From the IMG/VR virus record IMGVR_UViG_3300028800_000001, positions 1 through 64,000 of that record: a DNA stretch of 64,000 nucleotides, one strand, 5' to 3'. How positions within the stretch are numbered: position 1 is the stretch's first letter; each line of letters starts with the position of its first letter. Of the stretch, positions 54,225-62,793 are shown piece by piece. Below the pieces are notes generated by a model. That model worked only from the letters and a program-made list of their open reading frames with translations. It was not told where the DNA came from and searched no databases. A program made the translations under genes and the position numbers.

Positions 54225-55163
54225 ATGATTTCACTGCCTCTTGAGCGACAAAAAATCTTTCTTCGCGACATCCGTTTTTACCTGTACGTAGCCCTTGGAC
54301 TGATCACCTTGCTTACTTTTGCCTCTCTTGGCCTGACGTGGTTTGGTACCAACGCACAAATCAACATTTCGACTACCCTCACCTATGCTGGTCGTGAACG
54401 CAGTCTCACACAGAAACTTCTCGCTGAAACACTCCAGGTTGTCTATGTGAAAGATCCGAAGGCGCTGCACAACTTGAAGGTTGATGAAGCTGACTGGACA
54501 GCGCGCCATGACGCGATCTGGCGTGGTGATAACGGGCTTCATGTCCTCTCTATTTCCAGCTTTCCTGACATCCAGCCAGCTATCAATAAATCAGAAGCGT
54601 TCTACCTCAACCTGCATATTGCTGTTGATGACGTTTTGGCAAAGAAAAATGATGGCATTGCAGACGCGGCAATCGTGAGTGCTGATGCTCCGCCGTTCTA
54701 TAACACAATGGAGGAGTACAACACCTATCTGCGTAACCTCACGACGCGCTATCAAAATAGCATTCTGCTTTATGCTATCTGTTCCACCATCGCAATACTT
54801 CTGGTGTTGGGCTTTGGCAGCGTTGTCATCTTTCGTCCTATGTTTAGAAAGCTCAACGGCAATATCACTGCGATTGCGCAGGCCAACGAGCAGCTCCAAA
54901 CACAAAAGAAAGAGACAGAAGCTTTGCTCGAAGAAGTGCGCCGTAATGACCATGAGACGCGTGTGCCGGTGATAAAAATAGCAGATGGGAAATATGCGGT
55001 GCAAAATGGCACCAATGGCTATTACAGCGTCAATAAAGTGAATGGCCTCTATCAGTGCCCCTGTCCTATCTATGCCCATAATCGCTTCTGCAACCACATT
55101 AAATATGTGCAGTACGCAGAGCGTTCGCAACCCTATTCAGTATCGCAAAATTTACTCCATTGA
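54225..55163 (+). CDS. membrane sensor-like protein: PilJ/NarX-type extracytoplasmic domain, coiled coil, SWIM finger
   Basis: TM1, YAGRERSLTQKL, TM2, then YQCPCP...FCNH. Confidence 0.75.
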   Translation: MISLPLERQKIFLRDIRFYLYVALGLITLLTFASLGLTWFGTNAQINISTTLTYAGRERSLTQKLLAETLQVVYVKDPKALHNLKVDEADWTARHDAIWRGDNGLHVLSISSFPDIQPAINKSEAFYLNLHIAVDDVLAKKNDGIADAAIVSADAPPFYNTMEEYNTYLRNLTTRYQNSILLYAICSTIAILLVLGFGSVVIFRPMFRKLNGNITAIAQANEQLQTQKKETEALLEEVRRNDHETRVPVIKIADGKYAVQNGTNGYYSVNKVNGLYQCPCPIYAHNRFCNHIKYVQYAERSQPYSVSQNLLH

Positions 55164-55180
55164 TAGGCCAGGGAACCTTC

Positions 55181-55528
55181 TTAATCTTGTCCGAGCAGGA
55201 GGTCTTCTTCCTGCTCAGTACGGAACTTTTGATACGCAAGAGTTGCTTCGATTGCTCGCGAAAGATTGTAGCGAGCAGCAATCAGCCCCTCGTATTGCTT
55301 CCAAAGTAGGATAATTTGCCACAGAAACGGATCACGATCCTGAACTTCTGCAAGATACTCAGGATCGATCTCTAAGCCGCCCTGGTTGTTATAGAGCAAG
55401 CGTCTGGCAGCAACAACTGCCTCTCTTCCGCGCTCTTCTTCTTTCTGCCGCCTTGTTTCCCATATTGTATCGACTTCTTGGTCAGTACGTTTGTGCTCAG
55501 CACGTAAACGTTCAATAATTTCTTCCAT
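55181..55528 (-). CDS. helical hypothetical protein
   Basis: 115 aa. Confidence 0.7.
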   Translation of the reverse strand: MEEIIERLRAEHKRTDQEVDTIWETRRQKEEERGREAVVAARRLLYNNQGGLEIDPEYLAEVQDRDPFLWQIILLWKQYEGLIAARYNLSRAIEATLAYQKFRTEQEEDLLLGQD

Positions 55529-55755
55529 TATTTTTCCTCAACAATCCAGACATTGACTAATATTCTTTCCGTTGCTTCTGCCCAGGCATTCGCATTTGGC
55601 TCTGTATCGTGCGCCCCTTCAAACACCTGAATGAGACGATGGTTGCTATCGAAAACTTGGACTCGTGCCCACCATGATCCTTGCGCATACCAACAGGTAT
55701 GCGAGGACTCTTGCACTTGCATTGCTTCTTCTTCTCTCGTTATCTTTTTAGGCAT
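55528..55755 (-). CDS. hypothetical protein, paralog of the C-terminus of 37614-38060
   Basis: RBS GAGGAG; shared ~60-aa domain. Confidence 0.75.
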   Translation of the reverse strand: MPKKITREEEAMQVQESSHTCWYAQGSWWARVQVFDSNHRLIQVFEGAHDTEPNANAWAEATERILVNVWIVEEK

Positions 55756-55756
55756 C

Positions 55757-56200
55757 TCACTCCTCGCGTAAAATGGTCGCTTGGAGTGCCTGCGCGATGG
55801 CAATTGCATTCACCTGCGCTTGTTCATAGGTCTGGTGCCAGGGCGAAAGAATGGTCACAATTGGACGCAAATCTTGATCTTTCATCGTGACTTCCGCCGC
55901 AAAAATTTCGTGACGTTCAATAATGTTCGTGGTCGTGACTGCCAGGAAGTGTTCCTTCTCGTTGGTATTGTCTGGTATGACCAACGCTTCAAGGGCAAGC
56001 ATGGCCTGCCGTGTGGCGCTTACTGCAAGCTGACAGCGTGCTTGCGCCGCAAGCGCTTCGGTATAGAGTCGCTTATCCGTCAGAGGCGCGGCAAAGGCCA
56101 CACGCTCTGCTTCGGTATGCGCCAGGATAGCGCGGTCATACGCCCGTTTGGCATCCAGGTGCGCTTGAAGCGCAAGGGATTGAAAGCTCTCGTTGCTCAT
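55757..56200 (-). CDS. hypothetical protein
   Basis: 147 aa. Confidence 0.7.
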   Translation of the reverse strand: MSNESFQSLALQAHLDAKRAYDRAILAHTEAERVAFAAPLTDKRLYTEALAAQARCQLAVSATRQAMLALEALVIPDNTNEKEHFLAVTTTNIIERHEIFAAEVTMKDQDLRPIVTILSPWHQTYEQAQVNAIAIAQALQATILREE

Positions 56201-56712
56201 GCCATATCCCCCATACTTTCAACCTTCGGATCATCATAGCAGTGCTGCTCTCGTAACGCTAAGCGCTCTTGTTCAGCCATCTCATAGGCATGCGTCAGTA
56301 CTCGATAAATGGCCTGATCAAGCGCATCCTCGCTGATACGTGCTGCGCTCAAAAGAATAGTGCGCACACCAGGAAACGCCTTAACTGTTGGCGCGCCCTC
56401 TTCCATAAACTGTCCAAGTGGCATTTCTAAATGCTCATCAAACCACTGCCACACCTCCGTACGCTCTGTGCCACGCGGCCAGATGAGAAAATCTTCATCC
56501 AGACTGTCATCCTCCATACCTTCGGTTGAAAGATCATAGTCGCCATTTTCGATCATCTCTTTCACTGCATCGCTGTCGTACACAGGGGTATCACCGAAGT
56601 ACTCCCAGAGCTCTTGAATTTGTTCTTGTGTGAGATTTTCCAGCCACGCACGCGCTTGCTGTGTATTGCCCTCTTTGTCCCATTGGCGATACTCTTCATA
56701 AAACGTCTTCAT
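56197..56712 (-). CDS. acidic hypothetical phage protein
   Basis: LW..FGD.P...F..WP.GT.R.EVWQWFDE. Confidence 0.75.
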   Translation of the reverse strand: MKTFYEEYRQWDKEGNTQQARAWLENLTQEQIQELWEYFGDTPVYDSDAVKEMIENGDYDLSTEGMEDDSLDEDFLIWPRGTERTEVWQWFDEHLEMPLGQFMEEGAPTVKAFPGVRTILLSAARISEDALDQAIYRVLTHAYEMAEQERLALREQHCYDDPKVESMGDMA

Positions 56713-56720
56713 AATACTCC

Positions 56721-57224
56721 TTAATTATCAAACCAGACGATGAGCCGAACAGTGCTGCCGTCATCCTCTGGCGCTGTTTTTTCTTGCCCATTTTGTTGAA
56801 TATACAGGTTGTAGCATTCCATCATGTCAAAGACAAAGAGCCAGCGCGCACTGTCACCAATGCATTTCTCTAAGGGCTCCTGGTGTTTGTTGACCTCTCT
56901 AATCGTCAGATAGCTGACACTGTGATAGTCCTGGCACTTCTGACAGTATCCAGTATCCTTGCGGTAACTCAACCACTTTTTGCGGAGCGCTTCAGCGGCT
57001 TGAGGATGCCCCGCACCATCACAGTCTTCGCAAAATGTACCCTTCGTTCCCCAACTGATGCCGTCAGGAAAGCCGCGATCTTTATAAGGCAACAAGTTAG
57101 GCCCACGCACTCCAAAGAAGTTGGAAAAGAGGGTATAATTGCGTGGACTAAAATCGGTGATATTCAGCGCGCAAAGCCACCTTCCCATATACACCTCTAT
57201 CGTGCCATGAATGTCACAGCCCAT
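56721..57224 (-). CDS. conserved phage hypothetical protein, paralog of 12457-12912
   Basis: MGCDIH..RNY..F..FFGVR..RGFP..RLIVWFDN. Confidence 0.8.
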   Translation of the reverse strand: MGCDIHGTIEVYMGRWLCALNITDFSPRNYTLFSNFFGVRGPNLLPYKDRGFPDGISWGTKGTFCEDCDGAGHPQAAEALRKKWLSYRKDTGYCQKCQDYHSVSYLTIREVNKHQEPLEKCIGDSARWLFVFDMMECYNLYIQQNGQEKTAPEDDGSTVRLIVWFDN

Positions 57225-57396
57225 TCGATTTCTCCTGTAGAAGCGCTTCATGTTTTTTGAGAAGTGCGAGCAGTTTCAATGCTTCGTCAGGCTCCAGCCA
57301 AAGGCGATCCGTATGCCCCTCACGTAGGAAAAGACATCCATCATCCTTGATTTCAGCATTCAGCCAATACTTTTTATCCAAGAACTCAAAGTTCAT
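57214..57396 (-). CDS. small hypothetical protein
   Basis: 60 aa; resembles neighbour 57386-57592. Confidence 0.6.
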   Translation of the reverse strand: MNFEFLDKKYWLNAEIKDDGCLFLREGHTDRLWLEPDEALKLLALLKKHEALLQEKSNGL

Positions 57397-57592
57397 CTTC
57401 TTTGCTCCCCTTTTGCGCGGCCTCTTGCAAGAACCTCATATGCGCTTGAAGGAAATCAAGAATGGTTTGTGCTTCTTCCACGCTGTAGCTGGTGTAGTTT
57501 TGGGCTCCATCATAGATGATAAACACACCGTTATTCCAATCGTTGACTTCTAGCTGAAAGCGACCATTGCTCATCTCTCGTGTAAATTCCAT
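57386..57592 (-). CDS. small hypothetical protein
   Basis: 68 aa. Confidence 0.65.
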   Translation of the reverse strand: MEFTREMSNGRFQLEVNDWNNGVFIIYDGAQNYTSYSVEEAQTILDFLQAHMRFLQEAAQKGSKEDEL

Positions 57593-57954
57593 TACCAAAT
57601 CCTTTCCCAGTTTTCATTTTTTACCCAATCCTCATCGAAACAGGTGGCGAATGCGTGATAATAAGACGCAAGACAGCGTGCCACCTGTATTGCCTTCGTC
57701 TGGTTCGCAATGTTCAAGTGAACCACTTGCCTTGCGTTCCATAAGTTCACCGGAAGATACGGCCCCCAATAGCTTTCTGCAAGCTCAATATCAAAATGAA
57801 CGTCAGCACACCAACGCGTGAGCGCCGTTTCGTTATCTATCTCAATGCGTTCTGCACCTTTTCGGTGCGTCCATATCCAGGGTGTCTCAAATAATGGCGA
57901 AAGAGTGGCTCGTGGCAGCGCACCCTTTCGCATACAAAACAGTTGAATATCCAC
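57592..57954 (-). CDS. hypothetical protein
   Basis: 120 aa. Confidence 0.7.
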   Translation of the reverse strand: MDIQLFCMRKGALPRATLSPLFETPWIWTHRKGAERIEIDNETALTRWCADVHFDIELAESYWGPYLPVNLWNARQVVHLNIANQTKAIQVARCLASYYHAFATCFDEDWVKNENWERIW

Positions 57955-58319
57955 TAGTCTGCCTCTTCGTCCTCATCATCCCAACGGTCATCATCTTCTT
58001 CCTCTTCTTCATCCGCGCCCATCAGAAAGTCAATTTTGATCGAGGTGATTGTGCCGCCTTCAATTGTGGCGTACACTGGATACGTCCCATCACCACAGCC
58101 GGTCTGTGCAACCACGCCGTACTGGTTGTAGTCTTTATACTGTGGATATGGGACACCGTCTAGACTATTACAGAAATCCACCCACTCTGGCCCAATCTCT
58201 TTTTCTACAGGGGTTAACTTCTCATCGCGCCGCTTGTCGCGATAAAAGTAACAGGGATCACCGATGTATACCATGCCGCTATCGACACAAAAGTCTCCAA
58301 TTTTTACTATTTTCTCCAT
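57954..58319 (-). CDS. DUF4241-like hypothetical protein
   Basis: IG.FCVDSG..YIGDPCY...TG.GDGTYPVY. Confidence 0.7.
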   Translation of the reverse strand: MEKIVKIGDFCVDSGMVYIGDPCYFYRDKRRDEKLTPVEKEIGPEWVDFCNSLDGVPYPQYKDYNQYGVVAQTGCGDGTYPVYATIEGGTITSIKIDFLMGADEEEEEDDDRWDDEDEEAD

Positions 58320-58930
58320 TGATAATCTTCCTCTTTCCATATTTTGTGATTAACTATTTCGCTGACGATGTCGCCTCCGACACCGTATTTCTCGCCAATT
58401 TGCTTTTGGGTAACTCCTCCACCAGCGTAAATCTTTCTGATCTCTTGAGCCATTTCAAAATTCAACTTTGCTGTCCTATGTGTTCCCGAAACTACTGAAT
58501 CTAGCGTATTTTGACTATTCGTTCCTGCATAGAGATGGTCAGGATTGACACATGAAGGATTGTTACATTTGTGACATACATATAATCCATCTGGCACAGC
58601 TCCTTTCACAAGTTCATACGAATATTTATGGGCAGCTATGGTTTTATTTTTCAAACTGAATTTTCCGTATCCACGGCGGTTTTTCTGCTTAATCCAAATC
58701 CAGCAATAATTTGTTTTTTCTACGCTCTTCCAAAAACGTGCTTCAGAAGATACTCCAAATCTTGTAGCTTTTGATCTTCCTAATTCTCTTCGGCGTAAGA
58801 GATAGTAAACAACACCCTGAGTTACACCATACTCTTCTCCAAGTTTTCTCTGGCTTATGCCGCCTTCCGCATATCTTTTTCTAATGGCTATTATTTGTTC
58901 ATCAGATAACGGATATTCTTTACCTTGCAT
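58307..58930 (-). CDS. HNH homing endonuclease flanked by two HTH motifs
   Basis: CWIW...GYG...AHKYSY...CHKCNNPSCVNPDHL..GT..QN; AT-rich. Confidence 0.9.
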   Translation of the reverse strand: MQGKEYPLSDEQIIAIRKRYAEGGISQRKLGEEYGVTQGVVYYLLRRRELGRSKATRFGVSSEARFWKSVEKTNYCWIWIKQKNRRGYGKFSLKNKTIAAHKYSYELVKGAVPDGLYVCHKCNNPSCVNPDHLYAGTNSQNTLDSVVSGTHRTAKLNFEMAQEIRKIYAGGGVTQKQIGEKYGVGGDIVSEIVNHKIWKEEDYQWRK

Positions 58931-58965
58931 ATGCAGTCCACACTAATCCCGCGTCCACACAAAAC

Positions 58966-59382
58966 TCACCTATTTTTACTATTTTTTCCATTGCTCTGTA
59001 CTCCTTTTTGTTTTATCTGATAATAGACTGATAACTCTCGTAATTGTTCTTCAGCTTTTTGCATCGTTTCGCGCTTGGTGGTATAGGGCATTTCTCCGCC
59101 CCGTATCTTCTGCTCCATCTTGCCATCGCTTGCCCATACATCGTAGTACCAAACGCCGCCTTTGCTCCATGACGGCCTGTACACGGTTGCGTAGAGGAAC
59201 AGGCGTAAGTTCATGCCAAGAATGCGCCGTACTTCTCGAATGCGTTCTAAGAGCACATCTTTGGCGTCCTCTGAATACTCCAGACTCGCAAGATCTTCCC
59301 TACTAAGATAATCGGCTGGCTCCTCAACGCTCGCCAGATCAAGATCAACATACTCAATATAGCGATGAAGATTGCTGTTCAT
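58966..59382 (-). CDS. hypothetical protein
   Basis: 138 aa. Confidence 0.7.
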   Translation of the reverse strand: MNSNLHRYIEYVDLDLASVEEPADYLSREDLASLEYSEDAKDVLLERIREVRRILGMNLRLFLYATVYRPSWSKGGVWYYDVWASDGKMEQKIRGGEMPYTTKRETMQKAEEQLRELSVYYQIKQKGVQSNGKNSKNR

Positions 59383-59699
59383 AGTCGCACCCGCGTTTTG
59401 AGGTCTTCGAACTCCTCTTGTGTGAGCTTCCAGAATTCTTTTACTGAAATTTCTCCAGTGAGCGCATATTGCGCTTCTAACCGCTCAACGAGCGTCCCTT
59501 GTGGCGCATCATCCATAAGCAGAATTGCAACAAAGTTCTTCGCCTCTTCAAGAAGACCATTGCGCAGCGCATCATCTTCTTGTGAATTTATGTATTTTTC
59601 ACGATAGGCTGTTGCCATGCGAAAGAACTGCATCGCTCGAAACTGGCTTTTCTCTGGTAGCGATTTTATCGTTCTGTAGACGCTCAGGTAATTATCCAT
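59379..59699 (-). CDS. hypothetical protein
   Basis: RBS GGGAG before MDNYLS. Confidence 0.7.
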   Translation of the reverse strand: MDNYLSVYRTIKSLPEKSQFRAMQFFRMATAYREKYINSQEDDALRNGLLEEAKNFVAILLMDDAPQGTLVERLEAQYALTGEISVKEFWKLTQEEFEDLKTRVRL

Positions 59700-59997
59700 T
59701 GTGATGCTCCCAGGTTGGTTCATCGGTACTGCCGATTTGTGCTTCGGCATGATTGTATACGTCACGTGCAAAGTGGAGGCAGCCAAGTTGTGCAAGCGTT
59801 GCTTCCAAGACAGAAGCGCTTTGCGCAAAGTACCCACTCGTGAAGCGGCTCGTTTTACTGGCCTCTTCGCCTGTTGGGTCTTGTTTTAGTGACTCTCTCA
59901 GTGACTTGAGGCGCTCTTCTAATGCGTTAATACTGCCGAGCAGCGTATGATTGGCTTGATCGAGATTGCGATCAAGATCGTTATTGGGATCAAACAT
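59692..59997 (-). CDS. coiled-coil hypothetical protein
   Basis: 101 aa. Confidence 0.7.
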   Translation of the reverse strand: MFDPNNDLDRNLDQANHTLLGSINALEERLKSLRESLKQDPTGEEASKTSRFTSGYFAQSASVLEATLAQLGCLHFARDVYNHAEAQIGSTDEPTWEHHNG

Positions 59998-60286
59998 GTT
60001 CTTTGTCTCTTTCTATAACTGACTGCATATTGGAGAGATAGCCGCCACAAAAACCAAGCAGGGCGACCTCAGAGGCGTCTGGCTGGCTTTCTGCTCTGGC
60101 GCACGCCATCAAGGCTTCCTGATCGAAAATCCAGGCGTGATCTTTGGCGTATTCATTGGCGAAGAAGTGATAGCCGTTAATAACGCCCCATATAAACTCC
60201 TCGTTTTCCTCTTCGCTGCGAGCGCACGCGGCCTCTGTGAGTCCAATCCTTGCCAGAAACGCTGGCACCCATTTTGGAGTGTTCAT
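59990..60286 (-). CDS. hypothetical protein
   Basis: ATGA overlap. Confidence 0.65.
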   Translation of the reverse strand: MNTPKWVPAFLARIGLTEAACARSEEENEEFIWGVINGYHFFANEYAKDHAWIFDQEALMACARAESQPDASEVALLGFCGGYLSNMQSVIERDKEHV

Positions 60287-60591
60287 GCGCGCACCCACAT
60301 TCCCTGCTCGTCGGTACTCCAACCAGCAGTCTGTACTACTTCGCAGGCTTCTTGTAGAAAGCGTTGCTGCTCCTGGCGTACGACGCTGTCGTACTGCGCA
60401 GGCGTAATCTTTTTGATGTATTGTTTCCCACCGTTATAGCCGTAGGTTACTGTATGCTCTTCGCTGCGCATGGTCGTTAAAACCGCACGAAAACGGTTGT
60501 CACCGATGCTCTCCAGGGAAAACTGAAATAGAGCGTGGCGTGTCTCTTCGGAAAGACGAGGCTTTTGCGGGGTAAAATTAGCATAATCCAT
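60283..60591 (-). CDS. hypothetical protein
   Basis: First gene after promoter. Confidence 0.7.
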   Translation of the reverse strand: MDYANFTPQKPRLSEETRHALFQFSLESIGDNRFRAVLTTMRSEEHTVTYGYNGGKQYIKKITPAQYDSVVRQEQQRFLQEACEVVQTAGWSTDEQGMWVRA

Positions 60592-60627
60592 TGACGTTCT
60601 CACTTTCACTTTTTTGTCTACAAACGA

Positions 60628-60682
60628 AGTATAGCGCAGGAACGTGAGAACGTCAACGATTTTTTCACTGTATTTTCAGAAC
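60628..60682 (-). promoter_or_regulatory. class I promoter + box
   Basis: TTGACG-17-TATACT; centre 60678 (22 nt). Confidence 0.85.
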
Positions 60683-61020
60683 TCAGTAGGAAGCTTCTGA
60701 CTATATTTTTCTAACCAGAGGATAATGGAGGCCAGAGTACGTTGTTTCTCAGAGATGGCATCCGCGCCTTTTGTATGGAACTTATAGAGCATCAAGGTGC
60801 GCTTGCCGCGCTGTACTACTGGTGGCTCTTGCGCGGTTTCTGCTAAGGTTTCGGCTGAAAAAATTTCACTGCACTCTTTAACAAATGCTTTGTCATCCAT
60901 GCCGTAGATTTCTTCCATGAGCGTTTCGATTTCACGCATTCTCCCACGTTGATAGCGTTCTAACCACGCAAGTTCTTCGTGCAGGGCTTCAACGGCCTGA
61001 TGTAACGCTCTCATCTCCAT
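60676..61020 (-). CDS. helical hypothetical protein; TGA stop inside the box
   Basis: 114 aa. Confidence 0.7.
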   Translation of the reverse strand: MEMRALHQAVEALHEELAWLERYQRGRMREIETLMEEIYGMDDKAFVKECSEIFSAETLAETAQEPPVVQRGKRTLMLYKFHTKGADAISEKQRTLASIILWLEKYSQKLPTEF

Positions 61021-61357
61021 AGTATTCTTTCCCGTATCGCTCTGCACGCTCTCGTATAGCGCAGAGCGTTTCTAGTTGTTTCTCTAACGTCTCAATGCAC
61101 TCCTGTGTGCGGATTGTTTCAAAAGCGAGAATAAACGCACGCGTTTCACGGCTGCTCTTGTTTTCGGTATTAAGAAGCATATCGATGCGCGAATCACCCT
61201 TTTTGAGCAATTCGTTGGTAACGTAGCCGACCTTATTCTCGATCTGTTCAAATGCTTCCAAACGTGCGTTGAAACGACTATACGCTTGCTCGTATGCTAC
61301 TACTAACGAAATTTCTTCCATACGTAACAGATTGAGAATACCTTCCCATTTGTTCAT
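60989..61357 (-). CDS. coiled-coil hypothetical protein
   Basis: 122 aa. Confidence 0.7.
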   Translation of the reverse strand: MNKWEGILNLLRMEEISLVVAYEQAYSRFNARLEAFEQIENKVGYVTNELLKKGDSRIDMLLNTENKSSRETRAFILAFETIRTQECIETLEKQLETLCAIRERAERYGKEYYGDESVTSGR

Positions 61358-61632
61358 AGCACTACTCCTACTAGGTAGACTAAAAGCCAGCCAAGAATTC
61401 CGCAGGCGGTAAGAAGCACGATCACGATAAACATGCCCAAAAACTTTCTCATTTTGATATACGTAATCGCAATACTACTGGTGCTTCCGCCAAAGCCAGC
61501 TATTACTGGCAAGGCAAGGACACTATGCGCTCTGCCAAGAAGGACGATACCGAGAATGGAGAGCAACGCACCACCAAGAATATAGATACCCATGCAGAGA
61601 AGAATGCGCCGCTGTGTGCTGTCCAGGCTCAT
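61354..61632 (-). CDS. three-TM membrane protein
   Basis: Hydrophobic. Confidence 0.7.
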   Translation of the reverse strand: MSLDSTQRRILLCMGIYILGGALLSILGIVLLGRAHSVLALPVIAGFGGSTSSIAITYIKMRKFLGMFIVIVLLTACGILGWLLVYLVGVVL

Positions 61633-62099
61633 TTGTCGTCTCCAAGGTCTTCGCCAAGATAGCGCACTTCGTCAATTTTAAACACCAGATGCGCAGGCGT
61701 GGTTCCCTCTTCGTCCAGCTCTATGCCACATTGTTTACAGTTGCCAATTTCTTGCAGTTTCGTCACCCCCTGCTCATAGGGTAAATCAAAGTAGAGAGTT
61801 TCATCTGAGATGAGCAGTTTTCCACAGTTCATGCACACAAACAAAAGATAGGGATTCATTGGAATTTCTTCTTTCTGAATACAGTGTGCCGTCCAGTAAA
61901 GCAGGGCATCGCACCATGCGCGCTTCCCCTGGCGTACTTGCGCGGCTGCAAAGTTTCGATTAAAACGTAATATACACAAAAAATCTTCGTCAAAGAGATG
62001 ACGAAGGATCGCACGCATTTGTAAAAGATAGGGCGGTATAACGCGGCATGCAGTGATAGTTACCTCAAGGTCTGTGACCTGTTCTGCGCGACTCTTCAT
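61629..62099 (-). CDS. hypothetical Zn-ribbon protein
   Basis: CMNCG...CKQCG. Confidence 0.7.
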   Translation of the reverse strand: MKSRAEQVTDLEVTITACRVIPPYLLQMRAILRHLFDEDFLCILRFNRNFAAAQVRQGKRAWCDALLYWTAHCIQKEEIPMNPYLLFVCMNCGKLLISDETLYFDLPYEQGVTKLQEIGNCKQCGIELDEEGTTPAHLVFKIDEVRYLGEDLGDDK

Positions 62100-62566
62100 C
62101 TGTTACTCAGCGTGTAAAGTTTGTGAAAAAGCGCACCCTGTGCAAAGCCCATGAGATACTGCAACTCTTTGCGTGTGAGCCGCGCCGTTGGCTGATAAGG
62201 AATATCCCATGCACCAAAAAGTTTCATTGCGGCTGCGAAAAAACACTCTGCCTGTTCTTGTTTACAATGAAACGCCAGCATATCGTAAGGAGCCAGATCG
62301 CGCATTACTGTTGCTTTGCGCCGCTCTTCTGCCCCTGTTGTAATGGCGCACTCAATAAGTTCTTCTGCTTGCAACAAGGTTAGCTTGTTGTACTCAGGAA
62401 AACTAAGATGCGCGTGTCCCTTGACGCTTGCGCGTGGCAAGAAGAAACTGAGCGCTGCATGTCCCTCGTTTAAACAATACTCTTGCCAACGCCAGTGAAG
62501 TTGTCTATCTCCAGTGCCACGAAAGATGGCGTAGCCTCGCTGTATTGATGCCTCAAGCGGTTCCAT
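62096..62566 (-). CDS. hypothetical protein
   Basis: 156 aa. Confidence 0.7.
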   Translation of the reverse strand: MEPLEASIQRGYAIFRGTGDRQLHWRWQEYCLNEGHAALSFFLPRASVKGHAHLSFPEYNKLTLLQAEELIECAITTGAEERRKATVMRDLAPYDMLAFHCKQEQAECFFAAAMKLFGAWDIPYQPTARLTRKELQYLMGFAQGALFHKLYTLSNR

Positions 62567-62595
62567 TTTTCTACTTTCTATGCTATACTTTAAAT

Positions 62596-62793
62596 ATGAA
62601 AAGAAAAGATGCCCTGGTAAGTCGCCTGGAGGCCAACCCTAAAATGGATTGGGCACTCCGAGCATATATATTACACAATCAAGGATATACCAACAGGGGA
62701 GGCAATTGGCATCCAGGCCCAGGCGCTCCCAGTTGGACGCCAAAGCCAACTAAGCCTCATCATAAGCAGAATACATCGCACGCAGACGCGTAA
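62596..62793 (+). CDS. possible leaderless small protein
   Basis: TGCTATACT 6 nt before ATG; overlaps a convergent gene. Confidence 0.45.
   Translation: MKRKDALVSRLEANPKMDWALRAYILHNQGYTNRGGNWHPGPGAPSWTPKPTKPHHKQNTSHADA

Noticed and set aside
2224-61880. Other TTCAGAA/TTCTGAA hits inside CDSs (e.g. ~2224, 9845, 13706, 58745, 61874)
   Set aside because: No -35/-10 at the conserved spacing; likely coding coincidences.
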